Shown: positions 8,796 to 17,267 of the stretch, one piece after another
How the letters are laid out: each line of letters opens with the position of its first letter
Position numbering within the stretch: the first letter of the stretch is position 1
From: Propionibacteriaceae bacterium
Lineage (GTDB): Bacteria; Actinomycetota; Actinomycetes; Propionibacteriales; Propionibacteriaceae
NCBI GenBank assembly: GCA_031256725.1
Contig: JAIRQE010000006.1
Span: 150,601 to 182,600 of the forward strand
DNA: 32,000 nt
Reading direction: 5' to 3'
The notes under the pieces: generated by a model
The model's database searches: none
Told to the model about the DNA's origin: nothing
The model's input: only the letters and a program-made list of their open reading frames with translations
Translations under genes and position numbers: made by a program

Positions 8796-10073
8796 TTACG
8801 ATGATCCGATCAGATTCTTGAGTCGTTGTGTACATTCGATCGCGGCTCGCACAGTGTGGTACCCACCTGTCCACTCGTTGCCCAAGCTTGAGTCTACGGG
8901 TTCCCCTGTACGAGTGGTACGAATGCACCACTCATGAAGATCGGGGTGAATCATGTGTTCCTTAACAAACCTCCAGGTTTGGGAGTACGCGCTGGCGTAC
9001 TGTGGTTTGCTGGTGAGTTCATAGGCGTGGAGGAACCCGATCAGGCCTTCGGCGTTCTGCCAGAATTCCTTGTCCTGGTCGGTCGCTGGGCCAAGTGGGG
9101 GTCCCTCTCTGTAGATTCCGCCGTACTCATGGTCGAAGCCATATCGAAGTGCGTGGTCAGCTAGTCGATCAACTACCCAGGTGTGGAGTCGGTGATCCCC
9201 ATTGAGGACTTCGTCAGCCCAACCTAGGAGCCATCCAAACTCAAGATTATGCCCATAAGAGGTGGTGATTTGTCCGGGTGGGAGTGCTTGGTCTCCGATT
9301 CTCTCCGCGATCCATGTACGCGAGATGACGATGGGTTCGAGGGGAGTCCAGGTGGCGTCGTACTGGTTCCCTCCGATGCACCATGTGGGGTCAATCATCG
9401 TTTTGAAAAGAAGTCGGCGGATTTCTGAGAGCCGACGTCGATGTGTGACGTCATCCGTGAGTTCGGCTAGGGCAGTGAAGGACTCCAGAAGATGCATGTG
9501 AATATCAAGGGACTTACGGCGACCGGAATCAGTATCCTCAGGTGCCCATGTACGGTCGATGTTCTCCCAGAATCCTCCGTAGGTTAGGTCTGCCGCCTTA
9601 TGCATTGCATCAAAGGTTTCCACAGCTAATTCCAGGGCACGCTGATCCTTGGACGCTGAGGCATAAGCACACAGTGAGTAGAGCGCGAAACTCTGGCCAT
9701 ACATCAGTTTTGCTGGGTCGTCTCGTTCATCCCCGATAACCCAGTACCACCCTTTGTACTGCTTGTCGTAAAACTTGTTCACTAGGAAATCGAACCCATG
9801 CTTGGCTAGTGGAAGAAAGGTTTTATCACTCAATGCTTGGCTGAGCGCGGAATAGGTCCACAGAATCCGAGTCTGCGCAATAAGAGTCTTTCGATTCTGA
9901 GGGATCGTGTCACCACTGGGGGAGAAGTTGGTGTGGTACCCGCCATCTGAGTCGATCCCACGCTCTCTCCAAAACTGTGAGATACCCTCAAGATTCCCCT
10001 GCATCTCAGTCAGCAGTTCTCTTGGGTTGAAGTCAGCAATCGTGGCATTGTCTAAATCTTGCATGAGTACCAT
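8796..10073 (-). CDS. AGE-family (N-acylglucosamine 2-epimerase / cellobiose-mannobiose 2-epimerase / sugar isomerase) enzyme
   Basis: 425 aa with the alpha/alpha-barrel family patterns LMYGQSFALYSL, DIHMHLLESFTAL, YGHNLEFGWLL and EFWQNAEGLIGFLHAY. Confidence 0.8.
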   Translation of the reverse strand: MVLMQDLDNATIADFNPRELLTEMQGNLEGISQFWRERGIDSDGGYHTNFSPSGDTIPQNRKTLIAQTRILWTYSALSQALSDKTFLPLAKHGFDFLVNKFYDKQYKGWYWVIGDERDDPAKLMYGQSFALYSLCAYASASKDQRALELAVETFDAMHKAADLTYGGFWENIDRTWAPEDTDSGRRKSLDIHMHLLESFTALAELTDDVTHRRRLSEIRRLLFKTMIDPTWCIGGNQYDATWTPLEPIVISRTWIAERIGDQALPPGQITTSYGHNLEFGWLLGWADEVLNGDHRLHTWVVDRLADHALRYGFDHEYGGIYREGPPLGPATDQDKEFWQNAEGLIGFLHAYELTSKPQYASAYSQTWRFVKEHMIHPDLHEWCIRTTRTGEPVDSSLGNEWTGGYHTVRAAIECTQRLKNLIGSS

Positions 10074-10197
10074 CCTATGATCAGTGGGAGAAGGCCTTGG
10101 ATTGATCGTACCTGGGGGTAGCTCGCTGTGTCATGACTTAGGACAGCACAAGGTGAACTTTGTGGATCATAAACGCCACGACCCTCTACATGGCTAG

Positions 10198-10247
10198 AAT
10201 AATTGGTAATTGACACGGAGGTAATAATTGGTAATTGACACGGAGGT
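10198..10247. repeat. Perfect 25-bp tandem duplication (aataattggtaattgacacggaggt x2)
   Basis: Read directly: copy 1 is 10198-10222 and copy 2 is 10223-10247. Each copy contains a consensus -35-like TTGACA (10210-10215 and 10235-10240). It lies in the divergent intergenic region between the epimerase and the PLD-SNF2 gene. Confidence 0.95.
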
Positions 10248-10281
10248 CTTTATGTTCCTAACCCCATACCTGAGTGTGGCT

Positions 10282-10330
<49 letters not shown>

Positions 10331-10373
10331 GCTTTCAAAACCAGAGAGTCTGCAACACTAAGGACGGTGTGGC

Positions 10374-13300
10374 ATGAGCCGCATCGTTGACAATATCTCC
10401 CTGACATTGTCGGATGTGCTCAATGGGGTTCTTCCGTATTCATCGAGGCTTGATGCCTGTGTTGGTTACTTCAATCTGAGAGGGTGGCGCTCGCTTCGAG
10501 ACAGTATTGGACAGATGCAACCAGATGGCAGCGAAGAATCTCAAGGGTCCACGGTTCGTCTCCTTGTGGGGATGGCAGTCTCCACAGATCAACTAGTGCG
10601 ACAAGATCTTGAAAAAGGCACTCAGCGGATTGATCATACCTTGGCTTTGCGTCGTGCGGATCAAGCGGTACTAGGATTCGCCAAACAACTGACATGGGGG
10701 ACGCCAACATCCTTTGATGAAGCGGGTTTACGAGTACTGCGAAAAGACCTAGAAAACGGGCTTCTGACGGTGAAGTTTGCTGCGCGAGAACCGTTGCATG
10801 CCAAGCTTTATGTTGCACGTCTTGTGGGAGGACTCAGAGCATTTCATGCTGTGGTGGGATCATCCAATTTCACGGCGGCAGGGTTAAGCAAGCAAGGAGA
10901 ACTAAGCCTTGAAGAGACCGATGCTGAATTGACTGCTCAACTCGCACAGTGGTTTCAAGATCGTTGGGATGATCAGTATTCCATGGACATCACAAAACAG
11001 TTGATTGAAGTTTTGGAAGAGTCTTGGATTCGTGAAACCCAACCCAGACCATATTTGGTCTATCTTCGACTTGCCTACGAGCTTTCCCGGGATGCTCGTG
11101 CTGGGCTTACTTTGGATATTCCCAGTGATGTTCGCAGACTACTGATGCCTCATCAAGAGAGTGCGGTCAGGGTTGCTACGAAACTTCTCCAGAGAAAAGG
11201 CATTGCAGTTATTGGTGATGTGGTTGGTTTAGGAAAAACACTCACAGGTACTGCCATCGCAGCAACAACAGGTGAATCGGTACTTGTGATTGCTCCTAAG
11301 AACCTGACTCAAACATGGCAAGAACATCTTGAGCGTTTCCATATCCCAGGAAGAGTTATCAGTTTGAGTATGGTGGCAAAGGAATTGCCAGATTTGAAGC
11401 GATTCCGACTCGTACTCATAGATGAGTCTCACAATTTGCGTAATCGACAACGGAAAGCATGGGACGCGATCCACACATATGTCGACGACAATGACTGCAA
11501 AGTGGTTCTTCTGACGGCAACAATGTTTAACGCTCGCCATGAGGATATTGGTGGTCAACTTGGGCTTAAGATTCCTCTGGATCAACCGCTTGGTGTTCGA
11601 CCTGAAAGGCATATTGCCACTGTGGGTGCGCAGGCATTGGCAGCTAGAACGAATGGACGCCTTGACACACTCGCTGCCTTTGAACAGTCAGAGTTTAATG
11701 AGGATTGGCAGAGACTTCTCAGCGAATTCCTCGTACGCCGAACCCGCAGGTTCTTGGAATCCACATACGGTGTCACAGATCCCAAAACTGGTCATACGAC
11801 ACTGAGTTTCCCTAATGGCGAAAGCTTTCGATTCCCGAAGCGTATTCCTGAGGCATTGAATTACCAAGGTGGGCCACAAGATCCGAATGACCGACTAGCA
11901 ACTGAGGAGGTGTTCGAGTCCGTCGTGGGGCTCTCCTTTGCTTGCTATCAGTTGGGAGCTTATCTGGTGGATGATGTGGTGGCATTGGACAAAGAAGAGG
12001 AGGAATTGATTAATGACCTCCGGCGTTCAGTACAGACAGCAGCTGGTTTTATTCGCACGACGGCTTTTAAACGCCTCACCTCTTCTGCCCATGCTTTTAT
12101 TTTGACGATCACAAGGATGATAGCTCGTAATGCCGTTCTGGACTATGCATTATCTCAGAGGCTCCAAGTGCCCATGGGTAGTTTTTCTTATGGTTTCTTT
12201 GATGTCAACGATGATGATGATATTGATGATTCTCAAGAAGAAGCTGTACCCACAGGAGTGAACTGGTCAACCACTCAATGGCAGGGTAACGCACAACAAG
12301 CTTATGAGGCCTTGGACGCTTCCAATCCGAAAGGACTTCGTTGGGCTCGACCCGGATTGTTCAAGTCACATGAGGTTCTATCCAAAGTACGAGCCGACTC
12401 TGAGGTGTTACAGGGACTTCTCAATAGATATGGTACGTGGCATCCCGATCAGGACACCAAACTACGTGCCTTAGCTGATTTGATTGAAGGGCTTCCCCCA
12501 GATGAGAAGGTCTTGGTATTTAGTGAGTACAAGGACACTGTCGACTACTTAGCCAAGTATCTTCCAGACTATACGGATCGTTCCTTGGCGTCAGTCAGTG
12601 GGCAATCTAGTGACCCATTACGTGTTGCTCGCCGTTTTGCCCCTCGAGCGAATGAGGATATTGGAGGTCTCCCAAGTGGGGAAACTGAAGTTGATGTACT
12701 TATCACAACAGACGTTCTTAGCGAAGGACAGAATCTTCAGGATGCGCGCATTGTTGTGAATTGGGATCTTCCCTGGACAATCATCAAGATTATCCAAAGA
12801 GCTGGTCGTGTTGATCGCATCAAGCAAAAAGCGGAAACAATCCGGGTATTGTCATTCCTTCCACAAGGAGGAGTGGAGGAACAGATCAATCTTCGTAGAC
12901 GGTTAGTCAAACGCCTCAAGAATGCTCAGCAAATCCTTGGTGGCGATGAGCGTTTCTTCGATGATGATGACTCCAGTGTAGATATTTCTGGACTCTTCGA
13001 TGGTACGGCTGATCTTGGGGAAGAAGAAGGAGAGGTCGACGCCTCATCGTTTGCTTTGGGTATATGGGAACAGGCAAGTGAAGATGATCGGCGCGAGGCC
13101 TTGGATTTACAGGAAATCGTCTATTCCACAAAAGTCATTGACGAGGGTAATCCTTACGTCCTTACATACGGAAGAACTGATGCTGGCACAGACTTGTTGG
13201 TTCGAACAACTCAGTCTGATCTTTCTTTTATCACACCAATGGAAGCACTTCAGGAGATGGTGAGTGAGGTCTTCGAAACAGCCAGTCCGACCCTAGGTGA

Positions 13301-13709
13301 CCATCTGCAACACATTGGAAGAGCAGTAGATGCGATGGGGGAGCAAGTAGCCAAGAATACGGTTCTTCTCCACACAGGTTTACGGAAACGTCTCTACGAC
13401 TTTTTAACCAAACAATCTCAACGCATAGATCTTCCCACGCCCATCAACGCTCAGATGTGTCAGGTGATTGATGCAGTGACTGCCAACCCCATTAGAGAGG
13501 ATGTCAAGTTAGAGGTGTCTGGGATCTTAAGACAAGTCAGGCACCTTGGAGATGACAGTGGATTGCATAGGTTGCTGGCCCTTCATGAAGAGCATGCATT
13601 AATTGATGTTCGCGATTACGGTGCTGATCGGGTTCAAGTCATTACAGGCATGGGTTTCAATCCGGTGGCCATCTCAAGTAGAGAAAAGAGTCCTCATTAT
13701 GACCAGTGA
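10374..13709 (+). CDS. PLD-family (HKD) nuclease domain fused to an SNF2/SF2 helicase-like ATPase
   Basis: 1111 aa with an AAGGA RBS 9 nt upstream. There is a single HKD motif (LHAKLYV...VGSSNFTAAGL, aa 141-170). SF2 motif I is GLGKT (nt 11226-11240) and motif II is DESH (nt 11421-11432). The C-terminal lobe has TDVLSEGQNLQD and QRAGRVDR. Confidence 0.9.
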   Translation: MSRIVDNISLTLSDVLNGVLPYSSRLDACVGYFNLRGWRSLRDSIGQMQPDGSEESQGSTVRLLVGMAVSTDQLVRQDLEKGTQRIDHTLALRRADQAVLGFAKQLTWGTPTSFDEAGLRVLRKDLENGLLTVKFAAREPLHAKLYVARLVGGLRAFHAVVGSSNFTAAGLSKQGELSLEETDAELTAQLAQWFQDRWDDQYSMDITKQLIEVLEESWIRETQPRPYLVYLRLAYELSRDARAGLTLDIPSDVRRLLMPHQESAVRVATKLLQRKGIAVIGDVVGLGKTLTGTAIAATTGESVLVIAPKNLTQTWQEHLERFHIPGRVISLSMVAKELPDLKRFRLVLIDESHNLRNRQRKAWDAIHTYVDDNDCKVVLLTATMFNARHEDIGGQLGLKIPLDQPLGVRPERHIATVGAQALAARTNGRLDTLAAFEQSEFNEDWQRLLSEFLVRRTRRFLESTYGVTDPKTGHTTLSFPNGESFRFPKRIPEALNYQGGPQDPNDRLATEEVFESVVGLSFACYQLGAYLVDDVVALDKEEEELINDLRRSVQTAAGFIRTTAFKRLTSSAHAFILTITRMIARNAVLDYALSQRLQVPMGSFSYGFFDVNDDDDIDDSQEEAVPTGVNWSTTQWQGNAQQAYEALDASNPKGLRWARPGLFKSHEVLSKVRADSEVLQGLLNRYGTWHPDQDTKLRALADLIEGLPPDEKVLVFSEYKDTVDYLAKYLPDYTDRSLASVSGQSSDPLRVARRFAPRANEDIGGLPSGETEVDVLITTDVLSEGQNLQDARIVVNWDLPWTIIKIIQRAGRVDRIKQKAETIRVLSFLPQGGVEEQINLRRRLVKRLKNAQQILGGDERFFDDDDSSVDISGLFDGTADLGEEEGEVDASSFALGIWEQASEDDRREALDLQEIVYSTKVIDEGNPYVLTYGRTDAGTDLLVRTTQSDLSFITPMEALQEMVSEVFETASPTLGDHLQHIGRAVDAMGEQVAKNTVLLHTGLRKRLYDFLTKQSQRIDLPTPINAQMCQVIDAVTANPIREDVKLEVSGILRQVRHLGDDSGLHRLLALHEEHALIDVRDYGADRVQVITGMGFNPVAISSREKSPHYDQ

Positions 13710-16700
13710 AACACCAATGATTCCCAACCTTCAGAACCTCTACTCATCTGGTGGCTTGAGCGACATGTTCATTGATGGACTTGGCTGGGAAGCCCCTAGT
13801 GAATCTGTGCCTCCTGTAGTGATACATGAGTCCATCTACTATCCCCAGTTAGCGTCCTGTCTTCGAGGTTTTAGGATTTACCAGGTTCCTTGCAGCGAGC
13901 GTCCCACGCGTACTCTCATGCGTGATATTGATGCTCAGCTGAGACTTTTATCACCCGAGCGGATGGCTGTATTTGAGGGGCCAAATGAATGGTTTTGGTA
14001 TTGGCCTCGACATTCAAGTTCGGGGACAACAACATACGAGTCCATAGAAACACGCCCAGCATTGTTGCCTACTTTTCTTGCCCAGCGATTGTGTGGGTTG
14101 AAATTCACAGCCAGTGATCATCGAAATGGGATTACTTTGACTGATGTCTGTAATAGAGTCCACGGACATTTTGATGCAAGTAATGTCACAGCTGCGTTCT
14201 ATAGACAGTTCCAAGTAGAACATCAGCATCTATCTGAGGTGATCTTCGGGATTCCTGAGTCCGAGAATACCGGATACGCCACAACGTTATTGAACAGGAT
14301 GATGTTTATTTACTTCCTTCAGAAAAAGGAATTTCTTAATGAGGACATGAACTATTTAGAAAACACTCTTGCCGCTGTTCAAGAGATCCGTGGGCGTGAC
14401 CACTACTACACTTTCTATAGAGATGCCTTGCTTCCATTATTCTTCAATAAACTCAATGACAGTGATGGAGTGATCAAGGATCCGGAAATCCTACGAATCT
14501 TGGGTGATGTTCCCTATGTGAACGGAGGTATCTTCGGAAGAACAGATCTTGAGGAGGAATTCGCCGAGGAACTGTCGATACCTGATGAGGCCTTTGAGCG
14601 AATCCTTAGGTTTTTTTCGCAGTTCAATTGGCATCTTGATACGCGACCTACGGGAAATGATAGAGAGATCAATCCGGAAGTCATAGGTTATATCTTTGAG
14701 CAGTACATCAACTTTGCCGCTTCTGGGCAAAGAGAGAATGGCGCTTATTACACACCACATGATGTGACGTCATACATGGTTGCGCAGACTGTGATTCCTC
14801 GAATCATGGATAACCTTAGCAACCTTGATCATGCTTTCCGCCTTCTTATCACCAATCCTGACCGATATATACAGCCCATGATGCTTCATGGGTGGAGTGA
14901 GGCTGGACAATGCTGGGAACAGGTTCCTGAAAAGCTTCAGATCGCCTGGGATGGAGATCCGCTCACGTGGGTGCTGCTTGATGATGCAGAGCCTGATCCA
15001 TTGGTGAATCTTCCTGGAGAGACGTGGGTAGAAACCTTCCATCGACGTGAACGTGTTGAAGCATTGCGGAGCCGGATGAGTTCTGGAGAGATACGAGAAG
15101 TCAACGACTTGATTACGGATAATCTCAATACGCAGTTGCTACTCACCGATTTTATTGATCTCATGGATGATCCCAGTCATCTTGCTGAGCTTTTTGACGA
15201 TCTAACTGGGTTGAGTGTCTTTGATCCGACTTGTGGTTCGGGAGCCTTCTTATTTGCTGCACTAGAGGTTTTAGAGGATGTTTATGCCCATATCATTGAT
15301 AATGCTCTGGGTAGAGGTGGGGAAGCAGTTGAGTCGCTGCTAACGCAAGTGAAGGCTCAACCGAGTTCTCGGTACTTTATTCGAAAGCATATCGCGATTC
15401 GTAATCTCTATGGTACTGACTTAATGCCAGGAGCCATAGAAACAGCCAAGTTAAGGATATTTCTTTCATTAGCCGCTTGCGTGGATACACGAGAAGAACT
15501 TCAACCGCTGCCAGATCTCGACTTCAATCTTAAAGCAGGCAACTTAGTGGTCGGATTCAAAGATGCGGAGGATGTTTATCGCGTAGGAGGAGATCTGTTT
15601 ACGTTTACTCGCCTTGATGATCTCGTTCCCCGTATTGACAAATACTCTGAGCTATATTCATCTTTCGTTGAAAGCATTGAGTTGAATGATCATTCCTCGG
15701 TTGAGATTAAAGACCAATTGCGTCGCATGGAGGCAGAATTACGAACTGAGTGCAATGGCATCTATGCTGAGATATGTGGTTTCATAGATGACGGAGACAC
15801 ATGGGTGGATCAAGCTAGGCCATTTCATTGGTTTTGTGAATTTCCGGCCATTGTGCAAAAGGGTGGTTTCGACGTAATTATCGGCAATCCGCCGTATATC
15901 CGGATGCCTAGAGGCTCAGAACTGCAAGAATTATCCATTGGGTACGAAACTAGAAACTGCCCTGATTTCTACGCTGTCTGCTATGAGCGGAGCCTATCTT
16001 TATTACATGACTTCGGTCGCCACGCTTTCGTGGTTATGTCCAACCTTGCGTTTGGTGACGACTTTCTAAGTCTACGAGCTCTCATTGCACGCAAAGGAGC
16101 GAGTGAATGGTGGAGCACTTACGGGAAAATACCGCAACCATTGTTTGATGGAGTAAAAGTAAGAAATACGATTTTAGTTCTTGGCCCTGGCTGCCCGCTC
16201 CGAATGGTCACTCGTCATCATATTCATGCTAGCATTCAGCGGCCATGGCTTTTTCCAACAATTGAGTTTGCTAGATCAGCAAGATTGGGAGATCTCTGGC
16301 CAATTCGCGGCGGTGTGGCAACATCAATACTAGAGAAAATCGCAAGTCTGCCGAATGACACTTCCCAAATGGGTAATGAATATCTTTACTTACGAAACAC
16401 GGGTGCATATTGGTTTCCAGTGTTATTAGGCCCAGCGCCTACCTTAGATATGGATTTTAATGTTATCGAGGAAGTCACCTCAGTCCTTAAGCCTTTTCGG
16501 TTGCATATTGACGAAGTAAGGCGCGATGTCGCCGCGATTCTTGGTGGGAAAATCGGTTATTTGTGGTGGACGGCTGTTGGTGATGACTTGAACTGTTGGC
16601 CAAGAGAAACCATAGTTCCTCGCGCGCTCGCGAATGTAGCGAAGATGAGCCTAGGCTGGCAAGATGCCGTTTCCAGCGTCATCAAAGCAGCAATAGAAAA

Positions 16701-16932
16701 CACAATCATTGTACAAAATGCTGGTAAGAACTACTTTAATATTCGGTGGAATAATGTTCGCGCATCGACGGACACCCTTGATAAACTTGCGTTTAATTCT
16801 GTCGGATTGAATTACTTGGACTGGCGCAGGCTTAATGTTCTTTATCGGCAAATGATGCGATCATCAGGCGATGGGCGAGGTCACTACGTCACCACTGAAG
16901 AAGCTAACAAATATCTTAACTGGGATGTGTGA
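13699..16932 (+). CDS. Large gamma-class N6-adenine DNA methyltransferase (Eco57I/TaqI-like catalytic core, PglX/DrmMI/Type IIG-like architecture) with a C-terminal specificity-type region
   Basis: SAM motif I is VFDPTCGSGAFLF (~15222-15240) and catalytic motif IV is GNPPYI (NPPY at 15886-15897). The upstream helical region has NWHLD, EVIGYIFEQ and AYYTPHDV. About 330 aa follow the catalytic core. The likely start is ATG 13699, which overlaps the helicase stop by 11 nt (alternative ATG 13717). The listed ORF start at 13603 lies inside the helicase gene. Confidence 0.85.
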   Translation: MTSETPMIPNLQNLYSSGGLSDMFIDGLGWEAPSESVPPVVIHESIYYPQLASCLRGFRIYQVPCSERPTRTLMRDIDAQLRLLSPERMAVFEGPNEWFWYWPRHSSSGTTTYESIETRPALLPTFLAQRLCGLKFTASDHRNGITLTDVCNRVHGHFDASNVTAAFYRQFQVEHQHLSEVIFGIPESENTGYATTLLNRMMFIYFLQKKEFLNEDMNYLENTLAAVQEIRGRDHYYTFYRDALLPLFFNKLNDSDGVIKDPEILRILGDVPYVNGGIFGRTDLEEEFAEELSIPDEAFERILRFFSQFNWHLDTRPTGNDREINPEVIGYIFEQYINFAASGQRENGAYYTPHDVTSYMVAQTVIPRIMDNLSNLDHAFRLLITNPDRYIQPMMLHGWSEAGQCWEQVPEKLQIAWDGDPLTWVLLDDAEPDPLVNLPGETWVETFHRRERVEALRSRMSSGEIREVNDLITDNLNTQLLLTDFIDLMDDPSHLAELFDDLTGLSVFDPTCGSGAFLFAALEVLEDVYAHIIDNALGRGGEAVESLLTQVKAQPSSRYFIRKHIAIRNLYGTDLMPGAIETAKLRIFLSLAACVDTREELQPLPDLDFNLKAGNLVVGFKDAEDVYRVGGDLFTFTRLDDLVPRIDKYSELYSSFVESIELNDHSSVEIKDQLRRMEAELRTECNGIYAEICGFIDDGDTWVDQARPFHWFCEFPAIVQKGGFDVIIGNPPYIRMPRGSELQELSIGYETRNCPDFYAVCYERSLSLLHDFGRHAFVVMSNLAFGDDFLSLRALIARKGASEWWSTYGKIPQPLFDGVKVRNTILVLGPGCPLRMVTRHHIHASIQRPWLFPTIEFARSARLGDLWPIRGGVATSILEKIASLPNDTSQMGNEYLYLRNTGAYWFPVLLGPAPTLDMDFNVIEEVTSVLKPFRLHIDEVRRDVAAILGGKIGYLWWTAVGDDLNCWPRETIVPRALANVAKMSLGWQDAVSSVIKAAIENTIIVQNAGKNYFNIRWNNVRASTDTLDKLAFNSVGLNYLDWRRLNVLYRQMMRSSGDGRGHYVTTEEANKYLNWDV

Positions 16933-16991
16933 TACTAGTAAAAGCGTGCTAGCTTAAGAATGTCGAGCTTCTGTGCAGACGTCAATGGCAA

Positions 16992-17192
16992 ATGGAGGAA
17001 GTAATGAGTGACGACCTGATGGTTTTAAATACTGAGGTGGCTCCTCGTGATCCTGATGAGTTTATGGGGTGGTATCGCGAACAGACTTCATGGACAGAGG
17101 ACCGAGATTATGACGATATCCTTGGTTGTGCTCCCAAGTTGCAGGAATGGTTCGCGGATGCCCGAACCTTGCGATGCCAGCATCGAAGCTAA
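16992..17192 (+). CDS. Small hypothetical protein, possibly the N-terminal remnant of a longer gene
   Basis: 66-aa ORF (DPDEFMGWYREQTSWTEDRDYDD...). I recognise no catalytic motif. It sits at the boundary of the AT-rich module. Confidence 0.25.
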   Translation: MEEVMSDDLMVLNTEVAPRDPDEFMGWYREQTSWTEDRDYDDILGCAPKLQEWFADARTLRCQHRS

Positions 17193-17211
17193 TGTAAAAA
17201 AGGGTTGAAAC

Positions 17212-17245
17212 CCAGTAAGTTAATACATCCAGTAAGTTAATACAT
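17212..17245. repeat. Perfect 17-bp tandem duplication (ccagtaagttaatacat x2)
   Basis: Read directly: 17212-17228 and 17229-17245. It ends 22 nt upstream of the CDF transporter start, just before the gaaggaag RBS. Confidence 0.95.
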
Positions 17246-17267
17246 TCTGACTGAAAGAAGGAAGTCG

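Noticed and set aside
8548-8937. 129-aa plus-strand ORF downstream of the second permease
   Set aside because: It overlaps the 3' end of the well-supported minus-strand epimerase gene and starts within the terminator hairpin region. It is likely spurious.
13603-13698. Upstream extension of the methyltransferase ORF (listed start 13603)
   Set aside because: The extension lies entirely within the 3' end of the helicase gene. ATG 13699 (or 13717) gives the usual short overlap of coupled genes.
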